In this document: positions 11,201 through 21,022 of the stretch, piece by piece
How the letters are laid out: each line of letters opens with the position of its first letter
Numbering within the stretch: position 1 is the stretch's first letter
Source: Catajapyx aquilonaris
Lineage: Eukaryota
Direction of reading: 5' to 3'
Length of the DNA stretch: 33,237 bases
NCBI GenBank assembly: GCA_000934665.2
Contig: KZ539114.1
Coordinates: 1 to 33,237 of the forward strand
Translations under genes and position numbers: made by a program
Notes under the pieces: generated by a model
Told to the model about the DNA's origin: nothing
Database searches by the model: none
What the model saw: only the letters and a program-made list of their open reading frames with translations

Positions 11201-14200
11201 TTGACAAGAACTAACAATTAATAACAAGTGTAATCAGATGGGATTGTTTTACTGTGTGTGGTGCCCCCTGCTCACAGGCTATAGTGTATGCAAACAAGTT
11301 CAAGGAAAATCTCCTGATTGTGCACAGGAATTCAAAATGCATAATTGATTTTCTCTAGTGTTGATAGAACCTGCCGTATGCAACCGGTTCCAGGATTGAT
11401 TTTGTTGCTGTGGAGAGTAATTCTTAGTGGAAGTTGCGCCTTATGATTTCAGATGCAAAAGTTAAGCTCAATGTTTTCGTGTTTGTTTTATGAGTTGCGA
11501 AAATTAGGGCATGAAATTTGTGAATGTGCAATTTTGTGAACTTTGGAGTGCCCCAAGGTGGACATTGACTGGTGCAGAAATTTTTATTTCAATTTGTACA
11601 GCAATGGTAGATCATGGCCAATTTTTAGCCTTGCATATTATTCACTGAAACTGACAGGCAAGTGGGTAACCACTCCCCCAAAAAGTGTACACAGGAACCG
11701 GTGGTTCCACCCAGTTCCAGGCTGGTTCCATGCCAGTTCCACAGGGACCCTGTACACCAATTCCACGAAGTGGTTACCCCCTCGCTGACAGCTGATGAGG
11801 TTGATGATGGGGTGATGCTTGTTGCACTATGTGGCAGTGCCTCAGGAAAGGTGTGACAATAGGGTGTGACTGCAAGATTGGCCTTAATTAAATAACAATG
11901 TTAGTGCACAATATGTGATTCTGAAAAGTGGATATAATCTACTATGGCTATAAAAATCGAAATACAAATTCCTGCACCTTTCAATTTCATCCTGGGACTG
12001 TTTCAGAGTTGGGAAAATTATAAATTTGCCAATTTCGCACTTTGATTTTCACAACTCAGGAAAGAGAGAGGAAAAAACTGACAAAGGAACTGCATGCAGC
12101 ACCTACCTGAGGGTGTATTTTTTTGCCTCCTCAAGACTTGCCATGTGATCAGAAGAATCCAAAATTTTATTCTGGGTAACCCAATATCTGCCCCCAAACA
12201 CACCTTTAACCCATAATCAACTGTTGTGGCCAAACTGTAAAGAATATCATTGGCATGTGCCATGTTGTCCTGGAGTATACTGATGTGCACCCTATACCAA
12301 CCAACAGGAGTTGCTCATATTGACTGTATAACAAAACACTTGAAAACATTGTTGCCCTCTAGTCAGATTGTGTGTTTCCAAAACAAAACCAATTACATTA
12401 ATAGTTCAAGTTGCGAATCCTGAGTCCATCTGAGTTTCACTTTTTTCTTATGATATTATTGGCCATGATTTCCACTAAAAATTATTGTCTGCAGTGCAAA
12501 ATTTAACCTGGAACAGATCATCCATACTACTGGCTAAGGGAATATCTCCAAACCTGTTTAAATATTCACCATTGACCAATGGAGGTTTCATTGTAATTTG
12601 AGTTGATGCAAACTGGACTTAAAAGGGACACTCCACTCAAAATACAAGTTGGTCTCTAAAAATCAGGCAAAAAATTCTGATTCCGAGCATGCGATCCATT
12701 TATCTCTGAGGCGAACGGTAATGACAGGGGAAGAGACGAAAGTCAGAAAAAATTCTAGGTCTGATCGAGAGCGGCGCTGCGCTCCCCCCCCCCCCCCCCC
12801 CCNNNNNNNNNNNNCGGCCACCGGGCGAAGTTAGATGTGAATCCCCCGCGGGTTTGAAATGCAGTTCGGTCAGATATTTCTGGCTGCTGCCAATGAATGT
12901 GTTGTCACCGAGGTGTTACTTTTCGGCAAAGGCGTGGTCCGAAAAGTAACACCTCGGTCCTTGGTGACAACATATGCATTGGCAGAAGCCAGAAATATCC
13001 GACCGAACTGCATTTCAAACTTGCGGGTGATCAGCATCCAACTTCATTGTCATTGTTAAACACATGCTAAGCGTGTGGAATTAATATGGTAGGTACTACA
13101 CAGTACATTGTCATCTGATCATTACTAGGACAACATCAAGGTCAAGCAGACTTGGAGATAATAAATCCTGAAATGTCCGGAAAAGCCCTCTATAGGCTAC
13201 TCCACGTTATTTGATGTTGCGAGTGAACCGCTCATGGTAAGTGAGCAGTTCTTATACCGCTATGTTGTGCATGAAAAGACGCTTCTGGTAACTTAAAAGT
13301 TGACCCAACTCCACATTGAGAAAAATGACCCCAAAGATGACCAAATTAGTGGAAAACAGACATTTCAGAAGTTTTATCTCCAAGACTGCTTGACTCAGCT
13401 TGACCTGTGATGTTGTCCTTCGACAGTAGTAATGATCAGATGACAATGTACCTACCATATTATTAATTTCACATGCTTAGCATGTGTTTAACAATGACAT
13501 TGGACCATATGAAATGTGTCCGTTTTGCACAATAATGCGATTTTTTTTTAGCATTTTAATTTTACAATCTAGGTTAAACCCGTTGCCACCAAAATGTTCC
13601 TCATCTCACGACAGTTCATTTGATATAATATAATAATAATAATAATAACGGATACCCCGTGATAGGCCCCTTGGACCTCTTAGGGGATCATCTTTTGAAA
13701 ACCCAACTTTAATCATTTGCCTGAAATGTGATGGATTTTGATAGTGGGAGGAAACGGGAGAACCCCGAGAAAACCCACGCGAATACGGAGAGAACCCATC
13801 GAAACTTTATCCACATAAGTATCCTCCGTCCGACCCGGGGATCGAACTCGGGACCTTAGAGGTGGAAGGCTGCGGCGCTAACCACTCGGCCACCGTGTCG
13901 CCCATAGTTCATTTGATATAATTTATATGAACACTAAACTAACTTGTGATGCTTGTGATAACGTTTTTGACCAAAATTTAGTTCGCATTACAAGTTGGGT
14001 GCAATACTGCCCTACCCCTTTTTTTCACACGTGGCCACCTTATTTTGTTCATTCTTGGAGTGGGTGGTGCATCATCATCATCATCATAATAGCACATAAA
14101 TATCCCTTATTAGTGCCTTGTTTGGGGGAGATATGAAAATTGTCCTATGGAAAAGGTGATTTATGGGTCATCTCAAACTTTCAACTTCAGTTTTCTCAAA

Positions 14201-17200
14201 ATCAGGTTTGGGAGGGTTAGGGCGGTATTGCACCGACCCCTTCATATATTAGATTACTGTTCGCCGGTGAAAAAACCGAGGGTATCGCCGGATTCAGGAT
14301 TTTTTGCCTGATTTTTAGAGACCAACTTGTATTTTGAGTGGAGTGTCCCTTTAAAATATTGTTAGTGATCAGGTAAATTACTGGGTGGGTGTTACAGCAT
14401 ATCTTATAGTCAGTGGCGACTATAAGATTTTGGGGGTGTTTTTGCTCCCTCTCCAGGAAGATGGAGAGGGGGCGTGGCCTCTACCCGAGCGTTTTTGGTG
14501 CCTCTCCAGAAAGTTGGAGAGGGGGGAAAAGGGGGGTGAAGTGGGCGGAGCTCTCCACAAAATCCCCAAAAGTGTCTTCTCTCCTCGGAGGTGGAAGAGA
14601 CTTTCTGGAGAGGGGGCTGTAGCGGAGGGAGGGCGGGAAGCGGGTGAAGGTTTAAGAATTAAACCTCACCAAGGAATTGGTTGCGGAATTAAACCTCCTT
14701 GGGCCCAGGGTCCTCGCCTCGCGCTCTTCTCAACTGTTTTGAGTGCCTTCTCCCCTAGCTACACCATTCCGCCCGTTTTTGGGTTTAATAGTGGAGAGGG
14801 GGGATGTGGGGGATATTCCGGAAGCCCCGCCCTCTTCCACCTCTCCTCTCCATCTTCCTGGAGAGGGACCAAAAACACCCCCATGCTGTAACACCTACCA
14901 GCCAAAACAAGTACAAAGTGTAAAGGTGTTTTGGCACTCCTAATAATGATGTAAACAGCAGCGATAACACAGCGCAACAAAAAAAAAATTCGCCGTGTAA
15001 CTCAGAAACCACTATGTAGATCATGTTAGTAGGACCCAAAGTAGCTGGGAAACGCCCGGGATTTCTCTCCCAAAATGTGCAGGGGGTCAGGGTGACCAAA
15101 AATCAATCCCATTTTGGACAAATTCAAAATATTGGCGTTTTTTTTGCCTATTTCAAGGTCTGGCAACCACTGTAAGTTTCGGATTTTGTTTTTGCTGGCA
15201 TTAGGTGTTGCCTGGGTCTAGTCTGAAGCCACTATGGTGTTTAAAGTCAATATTTTACAGAAATTGTAGGTTTTCCAGGGTCCTTTTTATGGAAAAAATT
15301 TCGTTTTTTGGTACTTTTTCGTCAATTTTTGCGGAACAGTGTAAGGGCTTTTTTTTTAAAAAAGTGTAGCGTAATGGGCTCTTTAGAGACCCAACAATCA
15401 AGGAATAATAGTAGAACTTTCCTATGCAACCCTAGTACGCGTGTGCAAAAGCCTAATCGCGTTTTTTCGCATTTTTGGTGATTTGACTTTTTTCAACATT
15501 TAAAACTAAATATTCCCCGGCTTTAAAATAAATGAATTCTTCTTAGTCTAACAAACTGTCAGGGACCCCCATCAGTATGGAAAAAGACTATGATTTCCAT
15601 AAGCAACCCATGTACGCGTGTATTTTTATTTTTTGTACCTACGTTGCATAAAATCACATTTATTTACTTAGTGCCGTGATGTGTAAACATTAATTTACGA
15701 TCTTTTGCAAACACTTAAAGAAAGATGGTAGCCTTCGTTTACGGGTGGTGTGGAGGTACAGGGCTTCCAATTTAGCAAGTCGAGTGCATTTGGTACGTCT
15801 TAACAACAGAGTTGTCTGTTTATTTAACATTCACACGTCAAAAGGCACAGTTTTTGAGGACTTCCTCTTGTGTTCGAGATTGCTCTCCCTAATTAAGTTC
15901 CAAATGTAATCGCCGAGCATGTTGGATCTGTACTGGCCTTGATATCATGACTCGAACTGCTTGATATCCTGATGGAACCGCTCACCATGTTCCTCAGAAT
16001 AGTCACCCATATTTTCCTTACATATGTCGAGGTGGGCGTCTAGGAAGTGAAGTTTCATCAACATTCGGCAGCCCATTTCCCCGTAGTTGAGGACTAAATC
16101 GTTGACAAGCTTCTCGTAGATGGGGGTCCCTGACAGTTTGTTAGACTAAGAATTCATTTATGTTAAAGCTGAGGAATATTTGGTTTTAAATGTTGAAAAA
16201 AGTCAAATCACCAAAAATGCGAAAAAAACGCGATTTTACCCTAGATTAGGCTTTTGCACACACGTACTAGGGTTGCATAGGAAAGTTCTACTATTATTCC
16301 TTGATTGTTGGGTCTCTAAAGAGCCCATTACGCTCACTTTTCTTTTTAAAAACCCATACACTGTTCCGCAAAAATTGACGAAAAAGTACCAAAAAACGAA
16401 ATTTTTTCCATAAAAAGGACCCTGGAAAACCTACAGTTTCTATAAAAGATTGACTTTAAACACCATAGTGGCTTCAGACTAGACCCAGGTAACACCTAAT
16501 GCCAGCAAAAACAAAATCTGAAACTTACAGTGGTTGCCAGACCTTGAAATAGGCCAAAAAAGCGTCAATATTTTGAATGTTTCCAAAATGGGATGGATTT
16601 TTGGTCACCCTGACCCCCTGCACATTTTGGGAGAGAAATCCTGTGCGTTTCCCAGCTACTTTGGGTCCTACTAACATGATCTACATAGTGGTTTCCGAGT
16701 AACAAGCCGCAATTTTTTTTTTGTTGCGCTGTGTAATTTGGCACTAACATTACAACTTTTTAAGTGCTATAGTGGTGGTGTGGTAGTGGTTACAGCTTGC
16801 CACCTCAGAGGTCCCGAGTTTGATTCCTGGGTTAGAGAAAAGGATTTCCTCTTGGGGAAAGAATTGAGATAGGTCCTCTCGGAGTTTGTACATTTCCTGT
16901 CACAATTCAAATCCATCATTGAGGTATCCTTTAGTTTAAAAGCCGTGTGGTGCTTGTCCGTTTGTCCAGAGTTTTTATCCAACTTCCCAACCAGGTAGAA
17001 GGCTGAAACTTGGTGCATTCATTGCCTGGGAAGTGTATATGTGCCCAAATTTCTCAAATGCCTAAACAGGGGAAGCAGAAGAGTTGGAGTCACATTATTC
17101 CATTCCATGTGTCTTGGGTGTGTCCAAATATTCACATCACTGTGTATGTCGTTCCATGATGGTGCCCTGACATTTCATACCCCCTTCATTTTGCACATGT

Positions 17201-20200
17201 TTTGACTCAAGGCAACCACTGGATGTTGGATGTCCTGCTAGTAGGAAATGCCATGTAAAGAGAGATCCCCTGTTGTGTATTTCAGCGGTCGAATTATTTT
17301 TATTTGTTATTTTTTAAATATTCTACTTACCCCATTGGGAGGCAATACTCCTTTAGGGGGGTGGAACACCACCCTTTTTCCCCATCACTATTTTCTTGAT
17401 TTTGTTCGGACACCGTGCAAGGGAGAAGGACATAGGGAAGGGAATTTGAATTTTTAGGGAGGAGACACAGGTGCAGGTCCAATGTCTGAAACTGGGTCAT
17501 GTGGAGTCTCTCTGGAGGTTAGGTTGCCAGATGTCTCCATGGCGCGGGTCAGAGACTAGAATCTCTACCTGTAGTCTCTATTGTGGGGGAGTTCCACACC
17601 CCATCTGACATTTCCTAATCAGGCAAATTATTGTGGTTTAAAGCAATCCTTTATATTTGACAAGTTTCTCCTTGACTTGAGAACAGATTATGTTCTAACT
17701 TATGCCAAGAGGGGGGAGCTGCTGCCATACATCACCCGGGTTGGATCCTTTGATGATGAGTGTTCCCAGTTCTATGCCGCAGAAATCTTGCATGCATTGG
17801 AACACATGCACAGACTTGGAATCATACACAGGTTTGTTAATTTCATGTGTGTAATCTTTCTTTAAGTTTCGTTCAAGCCATTGCCACATTGATTTCAGGG
17901 ATCTAAAACCTGAAAACATTCTACTGAGTGAAAAAATGCATATCCTCATTACTGACTTTGGATCGGCGAAGATCCTGAACAGAGAGACTGCAGGACAACC
18001 AAGTGCTTCCTCAAGCCTGACAAGGAAGAACAGTTTTGTGGGAACAGCACAGTATGTGTCACCAGAACTCTTGACAGACAAAACAGCTTCTGCCAGTTCT
18101 GATTTGTGGGCCCTTGGATGCATCATCTACCAGATGGTTGCAGGGCTTCCCCCATTTTGTGCCCAGTGAGTGTCATGTTCCAATGAAATGGTGCCACACA
18201 AATGTAAAATGTTAGAATGAGTAATATATAAACTTTATTGCAGTAATGAGTATCACATCTTCCAAAAGATACTCAAACTGGAGTATGAGTTTCCAGAGGG
18301 CTTCCTACCACATGCGAAAGACATTGTGCAGAAATTGATGGTTTGTAGAAGCAACTGATCATTACATTAACTACAAACCTGGACTTGAAACTGAGAAATT
18401 TTTTGCATCTTGCAGGTTCTGAATCCATTAGAACGTTTGGGCGCTTCAGACAGAGATGGCTACCCATCTGTCAAAGCCCACCCCTTCTTCTCAGGGGTCA
18501 ACTTTGACACCTTGTACCTACAAACACCACCACAGATTTACCCTTACCTGCCTGGGACGAAGGAGAGTGAGGCCTTGAGAAGCCATTATCGGGTAAGGGA
18601 CAGTGCAGTGAGTACTTTCTTTTGCTATAGATGTGTTTGTCCAGAAACCAAGTACATGCTTATACCTCCATAGCCCAGGGTTGAAGCATCATTCCGAGGT
18701 GATTGTGGACACAGGTTAAATTCCTGGCAATGGCTGGTATACATTGCAACGCTTCATAATGAAAAGTAGCATGACAGTGTTATAGAAACTGAGTGGTAGT
18801 GACTGTTTCAAGGCAAGGATGATGCCTGAAGTAGCTCCAGTTTAGATCTGATTGCATATTTTGTGATCAGGTTCCAGATGATTTGGAACCAGGCCTTGAC
18901 GATAAGCAGATGACTCGTTTGCTGGGCCTGGACCTACAGGACGATGAAGCTGCAAGTTCAAAACAACTTCCCCAGTCAAGTACTGCCAGCCCAGTTCCAG
19001 CTGTTGCATCATCTTCCCCTCCATCGTCAGTTGGGGCAAGCCAGTCTGGTGTGAATCCTTCTCCAAGGAGAAGAAAACTGACCCTTTTAGGCCTCCCATC
19101 AGAAGAGGAAGAAGCCAAATTGAAAATACAAGCCAGTGATAACAAGTGGCACCGATTCGTTGAGGGCCACCTTATTCTCAAGCAAGGATTAGTGGACAAG
19201 CACAAGGTGTGTTTCAATGATTTGTAATATAGCTATGAATTGAGGGGTGTGGTGGAAAAACATGACAACCCACATTAAGGTGTAATTTTTCAGGGGAGTG
19301 AATTGCAGTTTGCATTCTCTTCACAAATCATAGGGAATGTGGGTTTTGATCTAGTCCGTGTTGCCGTCTTGTGCATGATACGTGAACTTGGAGTATACCA
19401 AACTGTTTCTCACATCCTTCACATGATTGCTACATGTTCAGGTCAAAAATGACAAAAATGAGGGTTGTCACGTTTTTCCACCACACTCCCTCAAATACAA
19501 CAGCACTTACTTGATGTGAGTTTAATGTTTAGTTATTCATGCAGTTTCCTTAACCCTTTATCTCCCACTATCCCAAAAATTGTGATAACAAAAAAACTGC
19601 TGTATCAGGTCAGGTCAGGTAGTTAAGGTATTATGGTCATGATGTTAAAGTCATGATGTCAGAATCGTTACTCCTCCTGAGACCTGAGAAGAATCGAGTA
19701 ACGCAATGTCCATTCCTATGGCATTTTCTGAACATTTTCCCAATAAGAAACGAGAAAAAAATTATAGTTCTAAAATATTGACAAAAATAATGACAAACAA
19801 CCAATGAGAACATAGGACCCAATTGCTGCTACAAAAGCAGAACGGATGAAAGCTGAAAATTTAAATGCCACTCAACTGATCATTAGCATAGGTGCTCTAT
19901 CCTCCTAACAATGTTTTTAAAATTCATTTGTGGAATAAGTGGTAGCAATTCGTCTCAGAAGACAAACTGCAATTAATTTTGAATGCCACCACTCCAGGCA
20001 TGGGGCTTGCTCCTTCCCTTCTTACCCCCTAGCATGGTACCTCGCTATTCTAGATTTTAAAACTGAACTGTATAGTGCAAAGCACACTTTCTTATGGGTG
20101 TATAGGTACAGGCACTTAAGAAAAGTCACAGCCCATTCAGCTAAAAAGTTATTTTTTTCAGATGTCCATTTAAATGGACATTTGATCTCGGGAAGAAAAG

Positions 20201-20811
20201 AAAATTACCAGTTTTCTACAGCAACAAAGATTGTCACAGACACATCTTTTAGTATTTCCTAATACACATTCCTTGTGAATCCCAGGACATTCTACATTGA
20301 CGAAAATCACACTCTAAATAGGAGGGAAAAAATAAAACTTATCAGATGAGTGCCTAGCTTCGCCTAGCAGCGGCATCCGCCATTTTAATGAGTGATTTAA
20401 TTTTCATAGCCAAAGTCAGATATTCGACACTAGGTGGCTACACCTATTGAGGGCAGATTGTAATCATGGGATGCACCGAAGCAGTTTGGTGGAGTGGATA
20501 AGATGTTCGACTGCTAATCAGGAGGTCCTGGGTTCGAGTCCCAGGGCCGGCAATCCTAACCGTGGTTTTCTGTGGTTTCCCACAGTCCCCCCAGGAGAAT
20601 TCCGGGATTGCTTCCTAAATAATAGGCCACAGCTGCTTCCTTCCTTTCCTATCCTTGTCCCGTCCATGAGGAGGTGCGGTGTCGGTGGCGGGTTTCTGAC
20701 CCACATCTAGGGGGTCATCTTGGCTAACGGGCCCCCTGAGGGACTGCACATGACCCCCAACTTGAGACATTGCACCTGCACCAGTGTCTTTCTCTCTCTC
20801 TCTCTCCCCCN

Positions 20812-20853
<42 letters not shown>

Positions 20854-20973
20854 TCCCTATCCTGTACCCCTGCACTGGAGGAAAGAAAAATAATACAATA
20901 ATACAAGAAAATTGATGGTGGTGTACCACCCCCCAACAGGGCCTATGTAAAAACAAGTAATAATAATAATAAT

Positions 20974-21022
<49 letters not shown>

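Larger units (their letters stand above)
12624..14350. mobile_element. Kolobok-like non-autonomous DNA transposon with nested inserts
   Basis: 52-bp perfect TIR AGGGACACTCCACTCAAAATACAAGTTGGTCTCTAAAAATCAGGCAAAAAAT, TTAA flanks, purine-purine terminus. Confidence 0.82.
10946..17686 (+). other. U12-type (minor spliceosome) GT-AG intron of PDK1, 6741 nt
   Basis: 5' site GTATCCTTT; branch box TCCTTGAC at 17669-17676, with the branch A 11 nt from the intron end; no polypyrimidine tract; splicing restores RL-Y-YVL in frame. Confidence 0.92.

Noticed and set aside
14385..14891. 168-aa ORF
   Set aside because: Lies wholly within a GC-rich MITE; no recognisable domain
17695..18126. 143-aa antisense ORF (also 18867-19217)
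   Set aside because: Shadow frames of PDK1 exons
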